Part shown: positions 1-11,231 of the stretch, piece after piece | How positions within the stretch are numbered: position 1 is the stretch's first letter | Layout: each line of letters starts with the position of its first letter | Source of the DNA: Mustelus asterias | Taxonomy: Eukaryota | DNA: 64,000 bases | Reading direction: 5' to 3' | NCBI RefSeq assembly: GCF_964213995.1 | Contig: NW_027590468.1 | Span: 124,001-188,000, forward strand | The notes under the pieces: model-generated | Told to the model about the DNA's origin: nothing | Seen by the model: the letters and a program-made list of their open reading frames with translations, nothing else | The model's database searches: none | Made by a program: the position numbers and the translations under genes

Positions 1-120
1 GACCCAGACACGCCGCCGGGAGGTGATTTATATGTAAATAAAAATACAATTGTTAATTTAATATAAAAGATGCCGAAGGCGGAACTGCACATGCGCCTTA
101 TGTTCTCTGCGAGAAGATGG

Positions 121-627
121 ACACAGAACTGGGGCTTGGCCATAGAAGACAGAGGGTAGCGGTAGAGGGGTGATTTTCTGACTGGAAGGCTGTGACTAGC
201 CATGATCGTCATGATGTGGAGATGCCGGCGTTGGACTGGGGTGAACACAGTAAGAGTTTTAACCTGGTGTTGTTAAAACTCTTACTAGCCATGATCCACA
301 GGGATCAGTTCTGGGACCTTTGTTGTTCGTAGTATATATAAATGATTTGGGGGAAACTGTAGCTGGTATGATTGGTACGTCCACAGACCACACAAAAACT
401 GGTGGAGTTGCGGAGAGTGAAGAGGATTGTCAGAGGATACAGCGACAGCAAAATATAGACCGGTTCGAGACTTGAGCGGGAAAATGGCAGATGGAGTTTA
501 ATCTGGACAAGTGTGAGATAATGCATTTTGGAAGGTCCAATGCATGTCGGAATTATACAGGAAAGGTAGAACCCTTAGGAATATTGACAGGCAGAGAGAT
601 CTGGGCGTACATATCCACCGATCACTG
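121..627 (+). mobile_element. CR1-type LINE RT fragment, interrupted by a short Penelope-type insertion
   Basis: Degenerate RT motifs (PQGSVLGP-like, WQMEFNLDKCE) similar to the larger CR1 copy at 3903-5737. Confidence 0.85.
208..283. mobile_element. Short hairpin-forming Penelope-type (pLTR-like) insertion
   Basis: Flanked by a 13-bp direct repeat ACTAGCCATGATC (195-207, 284-296); internal inverted repeat; same family at 36959 and 44759. Confidence 0.6.
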
Positions 628-676
628 ATAACATCGAAGGACAGTCGCTGAGTGACAGAATCTCCAAGATCCAACC
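627..676 (-). pseudogene. TCR V-exon 5' fragment truncated by CR1
   Basis: Polypyrimidine tract with a mutated acceptor (CGG), then GLDLGDSVTQRLSFDV, matching the GDSVT FR1 start of the V at 8134. A possible frameshifted leader starts at ATG 1013. Confidence 0.5.
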
Positions 677-1226
677 CCGAAAAAAAGAAATAAGACGGTA
701 GTGAGTTTAAATTTGTGATTCAATTCATGCTTGCGAGCTAAGAGAAAACGTGCGACATGTTTTGTCCACGATTCCCTGTCTGGTGAGGTGACTGCGAGTT
801 AATGGAAGAACATTGAACTGGGATATAATTAATCTCCTTATAAGGGCAAGGTGTCCTTTGGCGTTGATCACATCAGAAGAAAATCCTGATCTAGTTGTGG
901 TAAGGCAGAGATTCTGGTCCGTAAAAGGTGTCAGGAAACAACAAAGCTCGAAAATTACGCTCGAAATGACAGTGGCACTGCGGGGAAATTCAGTAATATT
1001 CGCAAAAAAGCATTCTGATCACACACACGCTGTGTACCGACTGTGAGCAAATGGACCGAGAAACGGAAGAGAAAGGGCTGGCCAATAATTGATACAGACG
1101 AGGAAATAACACCAGAGACAAACTGTCAGCTGACGAACCACTAACTCACTTTGGTGAGTGCCTTGGCTCGGAATTATAATACATTTCTGTTACTCTCACT
1201 TCTTATTTCTGCTTTTCGGTGTGAGC

Positions 1227-1240
1227 GCGCCCTCTGCTGA
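1227..1240 (-). promoter_or_regulatory. CTCF-binding-site-like motif
   Basis: TCAGCAGAGGGCGC on the minus strand, close to the CCAGCAGGGGGCGC core consensus, just 3' of a V pseudogene. Confidence 0.55.
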
Positions 1241-1264
1241 TCACTAACTGGAACTATCAGTGCG

Positions 1265-1543
1265 GTGATCCGCTCTATCTCTGCACCAGAAACATAAGGC
1301 GGTATCGGAGAGAAGCGTCCTGGTGACATTTGAGGAACAGTGTTCCTTTGTACAAAGTGGACAATATTGTTTCACATCCTCCGAGCTATAAATCCTCATT
1401 AAATATCTCGGAGTTTCGCCCGGATACCAGAACAGAATAGGGAGAATAGCTGTCCGAGTATTTACAATCCAACATTATGCTCTGTACTTGGAGAACCCTT
1501 AATTCAGATTGATCCTTGGACACAGAATCTTCACTATTGGTTT
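1265..1543 (-). pseudogene. TRAV/TRDV pseudogene exon (paralog of the V at 10111-10550)
   Basis: Acceptor ttgcag, then ETNSEDSVSKDQSELRVLQVQSIMLDCKY, frameshift, ILFWYPGETPRYLMRIY ... LLSDTALCFWC. Heptamer relic CGCACTG at 1258-1264; no nonamer; no own leader found. Confidence 0.8.
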
Positions 1544-1811
1544 CTGCAACAAAACACAGAATGAATCAAATATCTGGGAGTGAAAATAACACTTGGAACA
1601 AATATTCCCCATGTTTTAGTTCGTATTTGTCTGTTTTGCTGCAGCTGTTTCTCTGATTATAACTTCCTCTCAATCTATTCCTGTCTCATTCATTTATATC
1701 ACCGGTTCTTGTTCTGCTTAACTCCAGGTCTCGTCTCCATTTCCAATTATTCAATACCTCTTGTTTTCTTCCCATATCTCCACCTACATTTCTCCCTTGT
1801 CTCTCCCTTAC

Positions 1812-2142
1812 AGGTTTCAATAACAAATATCCCGCATAATGGGCCATCAGCTGGTGCTCAGGTCCACCGTAATGTTTTGATACTTTGAAAAAATCCAAGT
1901 GGTCATTTTACATTCCACTCCTTGGAAGTACTCCAGAATGTGATGCATGTTGCTGTTGTAAGGAGTGAGATTAATCAACAATTTGCAACCAATACACATC
2001 GTGCAAATCATGTATATCCAACGCCCAACATATCGACAGACTTCAAACACTCCCGCGTTAATATCAAATATTAATTTCCACACCAAATGCCGTTATTAGT
2101 CATTTCCTTGGATATAATGAAACACAGGAGGAATTGCAACAT
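1812..2142 (-). pseudogene. Highly decayed Ig V-like exon with fused leader-like start and 3' splice donor
   Basis: MLQFLLCFIISKEMTNNGIWC, then across frameshifts AGVFEVCRY..DVYWLQ..LLI..EYFQG..ITVDL.PAD..CG-I-FVIET followed by GTAAGG. No RSS. Confidence 0.35.
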
Positions 2143-2544
2143 TAAACCGACGGGAATGTTCTCGGTGCCAATATGAAATAATAGATGTCTATGTGTACAT
2201 ATGATAAAATACCGGGAATAGGGGAGATCTGAAATAAAAACAGAAAATTGCTGTAAAGACTCTGCGAAGAGAGAAACTGAGCTAAGTTTTTGCGACTTTG
2301 AAACTCCGAGTTGGCTGAGCAAAGGAGATAATTCTGCCTTTTGCTGAAAAGGATATATGAAAATTCTGTCCCAAGGCAACTCATCGAAAACCACACATCA
2401 GTGTTGCATTTCTACTTTGTCCTCGGTGACGATATGTAAGGTATTTACCATGGAAGTTATATACATGATTACGTATTCCATTAAACCTTAATTGACGCCA
2501 TTCTCCTTTAATATTCTGGATCCAGGGAATGCAGAAACCAGGAA

Positions 2545-2955
2545 ACGGCAATTAGTGGAATTGCAGCTTCACGTTTTGATTTTAAGTGAGTATTTTTTGA
2601 AGGAGAGTGTTGAATATAATAACTTTCTTTTGCATGGACAATTATCGGTGGAGTGTCTGAAATCTCTCAATCACAGCAGATATTAACACATGAGAGACAA
2701 CCAATTGAAATCCAATGAAATACAATCACCTGATGCCCTGAGAGCATCCGCTCGTTCAACATGCCACAGAACCGTGGCCTGAAATTTGTCATTTCATCTG
2801 TTAGCAGAAACACTCCAGACTCTTCAAACTCTTCATTCACTCAACAAGACCTTTGACCAGTCCTAATGGAGACAGCACATCTGTGTCAGGCGCTGGGGTG
2901 TGTTACTGTGTCAGTGAGTCACTGAGACACAAAACCCGAACGTAGCAGATAAACT
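2545..2955 (+). pseudogene. Decayed TCR V pseudogene with degenerate RSS
   Basis: CRE-like TGACGCCA (2493-2500); leader-like exon ending A|GTGAGT; ISQSQQILTHERQPIEIQ*(Cys)...ESIRS(Trp)F..RGLKFVI ... SGAGVCYCVS; GTCACTG + 22 bp + AGATAAACT (2918-2955). Confidence 0.55.
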
Positions 2956-2964
2956 ATCAATTTA

Positions 2965-3480
2965 TATCCCGAGGTGATGAGAAGTTTTATATTGGTATAT
3001 GTTCATCCTAAGCAACTCTGTGACGAAGGACTCTGTGCTCTCCGGGCTGTTCCCAGGGACACAAACCGAGACAAGCACCAATTGCTGTTGGAGAATCTTC
3101 AACTTGGTAAAATATACTCTTTGCCTTCTCGGAACTGGTTGATCTTCATGTGCAAAGAATTGTCCTCGATCGAGTGTTGCAGACTGGCACATTCCAGGGC
3201 GCAGGACTACCTGCTGAGGGACGCACTAAACCTTGGGGCAGTTGCTGCAAAGGCGCAATGGGGGAAACCCCGCTGACTGAGACCATTCGGCCCTTGTGAA
3301 CTGAGGGGAGCAGAACTCATTCTGAGCCCCTCTTGCTGTAGGACTCACGTTGAAGGAATGCAGTGAATATTACACGTCTCGCAGTTCTAGTGAAGCACCT
3401 CAGAGTGCACATTGTTCAACGTAGACAACCTAAATGACAACGTCCTTCCTCTATTGACGATCTTAAAATATGTATTATTT
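2965..3480 (+). mobile_element. L1/Tx1-like LINE 3' end
   Basis: ECCRLAHSRAQDYLLRDALNLGAVAAKAQWG resembles the C-terminus of Tx1-type ORF2. Confidence 0.65.
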
Positions 3481-3902
3481 TCCATTGATTGTACTGAACA
3501 TCTTCAATGCGCAACAATACCTTTGCAGAAATCTTCAGTATCACTGCACTTTCTGAAATAACCATTTTGCAAAGTTTTGTAATGTTTCATTGAATGTGTT
3601 GAAGCACGTCAGCGTGCAAAATTATCTGTGTACGAAACCGAAACGTCAATGCACTTTCTGTAAAGACTATTCTGAAACGTTCTGTAATGTTCCTTTAATT
3701 GTACACAGAGTGCAACAGCTTCATTGTCGAAAACTTGAATGTTATTGCACTTGGTGTTATGGCCATTTTGAAATATTGTGTAATGTACTTTCAGATATTT
3801 TATGAATAAGTTTTTTTTTGCAAAAAACACAGCGTCCCAGTCATTGAGAGTACACAATTCTCACAGCTGCCGCTGCTCCCTTCAATAAGTTGTGAACTAC
3901 TG

Positions 3903-5737
3903 GTGAATACAAAGAGCTTCTACAAATACATAAAGAGCAAAAGAGTGACAAGGGAGAAAGTAGGGCCAGTTAAGGATCAGCAAGGTCATCGATGTGCGGA
4001 TCCACAAGATATGGGTGAGATCCTAAATGAATATTTCTCGTCAGTATTTATTGTTGAGGAAAGCATGGATGTTAGGGAACTTGGGGAAATAAATAGTGCT
4101 GTCTTGAGGAGTGTACATATTACAGAGGAGGAGGTGTTGGAAGCCTTACAGCGCATCAAGGTAGATAAATCCCCGGGACGTGATGAAGTGTATCCCAGGA
4201 CATTGTGGAAGGCTCGGGAGGAAATTGTGTGTCCCCTAGCAGAGATATTTCAATCATCGATAGTCACAGGTGAGGTGCCTGAAGATTTGAGAGTGGCAAA
4301 TGTTATGCCTTTGTTTAAAAAAGGCTGAAGGGAAAAGCCTGGGGACTACAGGCCACTGAGCCTCACACCTGTGTTGAGTAAGTTGTTAGAAGTATTTTGA
4401 GAGTCAGGATCTACAGGCATTTAGAGATGCAAGGACTGATTAGGGACAGTCAGCATGGCTTTGTGAGTGGAAAATCACGTCTCACAAGTCTGATTGAGTT
4501 TTTTGAAGGGGTAACCAAGAAGGTAGATGAGGTCAGTGCAGCTAGTGTTGTCTACATGGCCTTTAGCAAGGCCTTTAACAAGGTACTGCATTGTAGGTTG
4601 TTGGATGAGGTTAAATCTCATGGAATCCAGGGTGGGTAGCTTAATGGATACAAAATTGGCTTGATGACAGAAGCCAGAGGGTGGTTGCAGAGGGTTGTTT
4701 TTCAAACTGGAGGCCTGAGACCAGCGGTGTGCCTCAGGGATCAGTGCTAGGTCCACTGTTATTTGTCATTTATATTAATGATTTGGATGAGAATATAGGA
4801 GGCATGGTTCGTAAGTTTGCAGATGACACCAAGATTGGTGGCATAGTGGACAGTGAAGAAGGTTATCTCGGATTGCAATGGGATCTTGATCAATTGGGCC
4901 AGTGGGCTGACGAATGGCAGATGGAGTTTAATTTAGATAAATGTGAGGTGATGCATTTTGATAGGTTGAACCAGGGTAGGACTTACTCAGTTAATAGTAG
5001 GGCGTTGGGGAGAGTTATAAAACAAAGAGATCCTGGGGTACATGTTCATAGCTCCTTGAAAGTGGAGTCACAGGTGGACAGAGTGGTGAAGAAGGCATTC
5101 GGCATGCTTGGTTTCATTGGTCAGAGCATTGAATACAGGAGTTGGGACGTCTTCTTAAAGTTGTACAAGACATTGGTAAGGCCACACTTGGAATACTGTG
5201 TACAGTTCTGGTCACCCAATTATAGAAAGGATATTATTAAGCTACAAAGAGTGCAGACAATATTTACTAGGATGCTACCAGGGCTTGATGGTTTGAGTTA
5301 TAAGGAGAGGTTGGATAGGCTGGGACTTTTTTCTCTCGAACGTTGAAGGCTTAGGGGTGATCTTATAGAGGTCTATAAAGTAATGAGGGGCACAGATCAG
5401 CTATGTGGTCAATATCGTTCTCCAAAGTTAGGGAAGTCTAAAACTAGAGGGCATAGGTTTAAGGTGAGAGGAGAGAGATACAAAAGTGTCCAGAGGGGCA
5501 ATTTCTTTCACACAACGGTTGGTGAGTGTCTGGAACAAGCTGCCAGAGGTAGTAGTAGAGGCAGGTACAATATTGTCTTTTAAAAAGCATTTAGCCTGTT
5601 GCTTGAGTAAGATGGGTACAGAGGAATATGGGCCAAATGCGGGCAACTGGGACTAGCTTCCGGGTTTAAAAAAAGGGCGGTAAGGACAAGTTGAACCGAA
5701 GGGCCTGTTTCCATGTTGTAAACCTCTATGACTCTAT
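3903..5737 (+). mobile_element. 5'-truncated CR1 LINE (RT ORF2 with stops and frameshifts)
   Basis: [46 protein letters not shown] motifs; 3' tail ctctatgactctatg. Confidence 0.95.
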
Positions 5738-6059
5738 GGTGCTAGCCATTCCTCAGGAAAATTGTTACTCGGGCCGTTTGAAACCTGTCAGTATTTTACA
5801 TCCCTTGATTTCGATGCATTTTGTTACCCTTTAGCTCTTGACTCTTGTGCGGGAAAGGTTAATCCAAATTAATATCAACACCGCGATATTGAGCCAGGTC
5901 TGTACCAACAGCAGTTATTAGTTCAGTCACTTCAGTTGCAGACGGAGATCTGTACACCGTACAGACAAGGAGGAGTCTGTTGGCCCATTGTGCCTGTGCC
6001 ATTACTTCGCATGAGCTGTACAAATAATTCCACATCTCTGCTCTTTGCAAAGAGTTCTG

Positions 6060-6464
6060 AAGAAACCCAGTCCATCACACAAACCAGCCGCCCATCCGCT
6101 GACTATGTCTACACTTCCCGCTGCCTCGGAAAAGCGCCCGGCATAATCAAGGACCTCACGCACAACGGACATACGCTCTTCCACCTTCTTCCGTTGGGAA
6201 AAAGAAACAGGTGTCTGAGATCACATACCAACCGATTCAAGAACAGCTTCTTCGCTGCTGCCATCGGACTTCTAAATGGGTCTAACATACATTAAGCTTT
6301 TCTTTCTCTCCACCCTGGCTATACTTGTAACACAGCATCTTGCACCCTCTCCTGTTCTCCCCTATTTTCTCGGTGTATAGCATTTGTCTGTATAGCATGC
6401 AAGAAACAACACTTTCCACTGTATACCAGTGTATGTGAAAATGATAAATCAAATCAAATCAAAT
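6060..6464 (+). mobile_element. Rex1/Babar-like LINE 3' end
   Basis: IIKDLTHNGHTLFHLLPLGKRNRCLRSHTNRFKNSFFAAAIGLLN (DUF1891-like) followed by an (AAATC)n tail. Confidence 0.75.
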
Positions 6465-6678
6465 TTACCCAAACCCAAGACAATTCCTCCTTCACATCTT
6501 TTGAAACAATATTCAGTTATTTAATGCAGAAAAACAATGAGAGAAATAAAACCTGAAATAGAGGCATTCATTCTAATGAGCATTTTCTTACATTTTAAAC
6601 TATGATGACGGATTGCGATATTAAGAATGCTGAAAATATATTGTACTGAGCTGGTGCTCACAGTTTGTCTGATTCCTT

Positions 6679-6755
6679 AGGAGCAGCGCTCCGAAAGCTT
6701 GTGCTACCAAATAAACCTGTTGGACTTTAACCTGGTGTTGTGAGGCTTCTTATTG
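6679..6755 (+). mobile_element. Penelope-type terminal fragment
   Basis: gagcagcgctccgaaagcttgtgctaccaaataaacctgttggactttaacctggtgttg; reverse-complement similar to the 36959 element. Confidence 0.6.
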
Positions 6756-6944
6756 TCATGAATTAGAGCAGAAAGGAGCTCTCGGCTGGTTGGATGAATC
6801 CAGAGTAAAGACCCCAGGAGCTAATTGGATTATCACCTGATGACGCTGTCAGGAATAAATCAATTTGTGGATTGTGATATCCAATCAGCTCTTTATTCTC
6901 CATTCAGTGATCTCCACTCTTCCGACCATAGGTTCTGCAGGGTG

Positions 6945-6963
6945 TGACGTCAGACCAGCCAAT
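6945..6963 (+). promoter_or_regulatory. V-gene promoter: CRE plus CCAAT
   Basis: Perfect TGACGTCA at 6945-6952 and CCAAT at 6959-6963, about 75-90 bp upstream of the leader ATG. Confidence 0.75.
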
Positions 6964-7037
6964 GCTCTCTGCTTTATCTTGTTCGATCTTCTGCAGCTTT
7001 CGGAGACACAGGTCCCTGGAATCCAGGAGCAGCAGCA

Positions 7038-8437
7038 ATGCGGCTCCCCGTTTTCTCTCTGATCTGGGTGACATTCATTGTTGGTGAGTTTAACACTTTA
7101 AAAATGAGTTATTTTCTGGAGGGATGAAGTTGAAAAGCGGGACATTCGTGTTACACAGGTATTGGACCTGCCGTAGAACACAAATGAATCCTTGCGAGTG
7201 GTTTTAGTCTTTTGAAAATAGTTTCGAAAAGCACACTGCAGAGGCGATTTCGAGAAATGTACTTGGATTGGGAGATGAGAGCTATCAGAATGCAAGGTTA
7301 TGATTAACTTCTCGACTGACCAAGGAAACTAACGCAAATCTGACTGATCTATTTATAATGATATCGAGGATTGGTGTGGTGGACGGGGAGAGGATGATTC
7401 CACTTGTGGGAGGATTCCAAATATATGTCCCATGATTCCAAGGAAACAAAGAGATCAACTGGGAATCGGAGAGAAACATCTTTAGAAAGAGTTGGGTAGA
7501 ATGTGACTCATATTAACACAATGAACACTTGAGGAGAGGAGCAAAGACTAATTTAAAGGTGAACTAAACTGGGCGGCATGGTAGCACAGTGGTTAGCACT
7601 GCTGCTTCACAGTTCCAGTGGACCTGGGTTCGATTCCCGGCTTGGGTCACTGTCTGCGTGGAGTTTGCACATTCTCCTCGTGTCTGCGTGGGTTTACTCC
7701 GGGTGCTCCGGTTTCCTCCCACAGTCCAAAGATGTGCGGGTTAGGTTGATTGGCCATGCTAAAATTGCCCCTTAGTGTCCTGAGATGCGTAGGTTAGGGG
7801 GATTAGCGGGTAAATATGTAGGGATATGGGGGTCGGGCCTGGGTGGGATTGTGGTCGGTGCAGACTCGATGGGCCGAATGGCCTGTTTCTGCACTGTAGG
7901 GTTTCTATGATTTCTATGATGAGAAACTAAACAGCTGAGGAAGAAACGGACAGATGCATTGAGAAGAGGCGAGAGGGAGGAATCTCCTGGGGATTGTAAA
8001 CGGGAACGTAGATCAGTTGGAGAGAATGTGGTATGATTCAATACATATTTTTATGTTACACTGTCAGTGAATTTTCTCTCTGAGTTCAATTGAACTTTGA
8101 AACAATGTTTTTTTCTTTAACTGTGTGTTTCAGATCTGAGCGATGGAGATTCTGTTACTCGGCGGGAATCCTCACTCACACGGACAGAGGGAGAAGATGT
8201 CACTTTAAACTGCACCTTTACCGACGATGCCTATTATTTATTCTGGTACCGTCAATATCCAGGCAGACAGCCCGAGTTTGCAGTCCGGAGAGACAAGAAC
8301 GGCGGTTTTGAATTAAAGGCGGATTTCGCTCGGACCCGGTTTTCTGATTCAGTCCAGCAGTTAGACAAGTTGTACCGATTGACTGTCTCGGAGCTGCGGT
8401 TGTCTGACACTGCGGTCTATTACTGTGCACAGAGTCT
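7038..8437 (+). CDS. TRAV/TRDV: T-cell receptor alpha/delta variable segment, apparently functional (exons 7038-7083 and 8134-8437)
   Basis: Leader MRLPVFSLIWVTFIV, phase-1 GT-AG intron, open V exon DLSDGDSVTRRESSLTRTEGEDVTLNCTFTDDAYYLFWYRQYPGRQPEFAVRRDKNGGFELKADFARTRFSDSVQQLDKLYRLTVSELRLSDTAVYYCAQS with canonical Cys, Trp and DxAxYYC, followed by a 23-RSS. Confidence 0.93.
7571..7920 (+). mobile_element. HE1-type tRNA-derived SINE in the V leader intron
   Basis: A box tagcacagtgg, B box gggttcgattccc, CR1-derived tail with tttctatga repeats. Confidence 0.9.
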
Positions 8438-8476
8438 CACAGTGATGAGAACGAGTGAAATCCTCGTACAAAAACT
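8438..8476 (+). other. Recombination signal sequence, 23-bp spacer
   Basis: CACAGTG + 23 nt + ACAAAAACT. Confidence 0.95.
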
Positions 8477-10073
8477 GCCGCAGGTTTCTGAGTCACAGCT
8501 GCTGTCTGTCGAGAGCTGTTTCTAACAGCGGGTCATACACTGACACGTCAATACATTCCTGTGAACGCAAACCCGACCACAATTCACACAAACACCATCG
8601 AAAATCGTTCACAGATTCCGTCTGACTAGTACATTCACCGTGCGAGGGAAGAATTAACTGTTGTTTATTTGGAATCACCGGGAAATCGGCACTAATATTG
8701 AGAATTCAAAATGCTGCAGGTAGCCTTGAACTAGTTGTACCCTTGTTCTGATGTTTCAAAAAACACTCGGGGCAAAGAAACCAATAATGTTTGGTTTGAT
8801 ATGTCAGTCAATAGTGTAAACTGATGCCCGCCTGCTGAGGCAAATCCTCATAATCACATCAGCCTGATTAAACATCTCTCAATGTTACAGTAATGAAATA
8901 AAAATATCAACTGGGAATCGAAGAGAAACTTCATTGGAAAGAGTTCGGAAGAATGTGACTCATATTAACACAATGAACACTTGACACATATTAAAACTAA
9001 GAATTCTTAACAGTAAAGGTACAAAAGTTTATTTCAGTACATGCTTAGAATCCGATGAACAATGATTAATAAGTAAATAATCTCTAAGAACAGATTTGGT
9101 GTACTCTAGACACTGGAACATTTGGCAAGAAAATCGACTGAATGCAAAAACCTAATAGAGAAGAGCATCAGAAAGTTCCTGAAGGACAACTAGGGATGGC
9201 CAATAAATAGCGGCCTAGCCAGCAACACCCACATACCCGGAAGTCTTTCTTTAAAAGTCTGCTGCAATAAGAACATAAGAACTAGGAGCAGGACTAGGTT
9301 ATCTGGCCCCTCGAGCCTGCTCCACCATGATCTTTTTGTGGACTCAGCTCCACTTACCCGCCCGCTCACCATAACCCTTAATTCCTTTACAGTTCAAAAA
9401 TGTATCTATCCCTGCCTTAAAAACATTCAATGAGGTTGCCTTTACTGCTTCACTGGGCAGGGAATTCCCAGATTCACAATCCTTTGTGTGAAGAAGTTCC
9501 AAATCACCAGAAGTGCTTTAGGAAATCGAATCCGCTGGATAAGTCTTTCTGCTCAGACAAATATTTTGTTGGGATATGGGCCAAACGCGGGCAATTGTGA
9601 CTAGCATAGTGGTTAAAAAAGGGTGGCATGGACAAGTTGGGCCGAAGGGTCTGTTTCCATGCTGTAAACCTCTATGACTCTATGACTACCTCGATATCCG
9701 TTATTTCCCTGAATATCCACAAATCTATTCACTGCTTTCAAGAAATCAAACGACTGTATAATCATCGCTCTCTTTGACACATAGAGAGCATTAAAGCGAA
9801 TGTAGGGGTTTGACTGAGATGATTTTTGAGATATGACTCTGATGAGTTTCATTTCATGTTGCAATAACAGCACCAGTGTCTCCCATTCAGATTTGCTCGT
9901 AAACCAGAGAAACTACTATGAAGAGGGATTTTACATACACTGACAGACATTCAGCACAAAGAACGTGATCATTCGGTTTAACTGGTTTTAATGATATGAT
10001 TTTGTTTATATTAACAGTTCACAATCCAGCTCAGAGATCGGATTCAGTGAGAGGAGGTGAGAATGCCTTTGCT

Positions 10074-10110
10074 GGTTTTTGTACGGACTAACTGCGTCTC
10101 TGTAACTGCG
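10074..10110 (-). other. Defective RSS
   Basis: Heptamer CGCAGTT (CAC broken), 21-nt spacer, perfect nonamer ACAAAAACC. Confidence 0.75.
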
Positions 10111-10550
10111 GTTCAGCGCACACTGTTACAGATACACGGCAGAGTCAGAGACATGGACCCCGGTCATATTTAATGAAGCTGTTATCTTGTCTCTGTCCAA
10201 ATTAGCAGAAAGCTGGTCCGAAAAATCGGGAGACTTATCCCCCTTCCCCTTGCCGTAACCTTTCAATAAATATCTCGGAGCTTCTCCGGGATACAGGATG
10301 TACCAGAATAGAGTTTGGTCAGCGTATTTTGCTTTGTAACTGCAGTTCAAAATTACCGTCTGTACTTCCTGAACCGTTAATTCAGGCGGCTCCTTGGAAA
10401 CTGAACTTTGGCCATTGGTTCCTGTAACAACATATCGAATGTGTGAGAAATCTGAGTGAATATAACCCATGAAACACACACTGAGGATCTGAGCTCAGAC
10501 TCACCGGGCAGCATGACCATTATTATCAGTAGAACACGCAGGGAACACAT
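10111..10550 (-). pseudogene. TRAV/TRDV: TRAV/TRDV pseudogene (leader 10505-10550, V exon from 10421)
   Basis: Leader MCSLRVLLIIMVMLP, 83-bp GT-AG intron, V exon ...VILNCSYK...LFWYILYPGEAPRYLL...SDSAVYL*QCALN with an in-frame TAA before the second Cys. Confidence 0.9.
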
Positions 10551-10682
10551 GGATCCTGATTGGACAGTAAACAGCGACACAGTTTAAAATATGTTGTTGC
10601 TTCTAGTCTGATATCACAGAGTAAACTCAGATCAGAGGCAGCTTCAACAATAGGCAAATTGGGGGCTTTTCTCAGTGTCGCA

Positions 10683-10696
10683 ATTGGCTGACGTCA
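10683..10696 (-). promoter_or_regulatory. V-gene promoter: CRE plus CCAAT
   Basis: TGACGTCAGCCAAT on the minus strand, about 135-145 bp upstream of the ATG. Confidence 0.75.
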
Positions 10697-11231
10697 GCTG
10701 TGGACCAAACACTGCTAGTGGAGGACTAAACACAGCTGGCTCCCTCCAAACACATTCCACCCCGGGCTGTGTGTGTTTTTCTCACTCTCTTTCTCTCTCC
10801 ATGAAAGGTGAATAATATTATCAGTTATACTGTCGCTTTCTCGGTTAACCCTCTTTCGTTCGAACTCAATGTCCCCCTTTTTTAGATAGATCTTTCTCTC
10901 TAAATAAAGTTAAAAGTGAAATAAATAATTTACACTCATTTACTCTGCGGGTATTAATGAGTGCATCCACTGCATGAACATAATAGTAGTTACTGCTTTA
11001 TTTATACCGGGGATAAGTCATCACCCAAGTCCACATTGACTTGCGTTTCCACTGGGATCACTCTTATACTGGGAAAGTACTGATTCAATCAGTCATTATT
11101 TCTGTCCAGAAACTTCAAAATGTGACAACTCTCAGTGTGCCTTTGATATTAGATCACATTTAACAGGTGTCCCCTGACAGATAGGCATCTGATACAGAAA
11201 GATTAAAAGTACTGATTTATTAAATTATTCA

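Noticed and set aside
7571-7650. tRNA-like heads in many places
   Set aside because: These are HE1 SINE heads followed by SINE body and CR1 tail, not tRNA genes.
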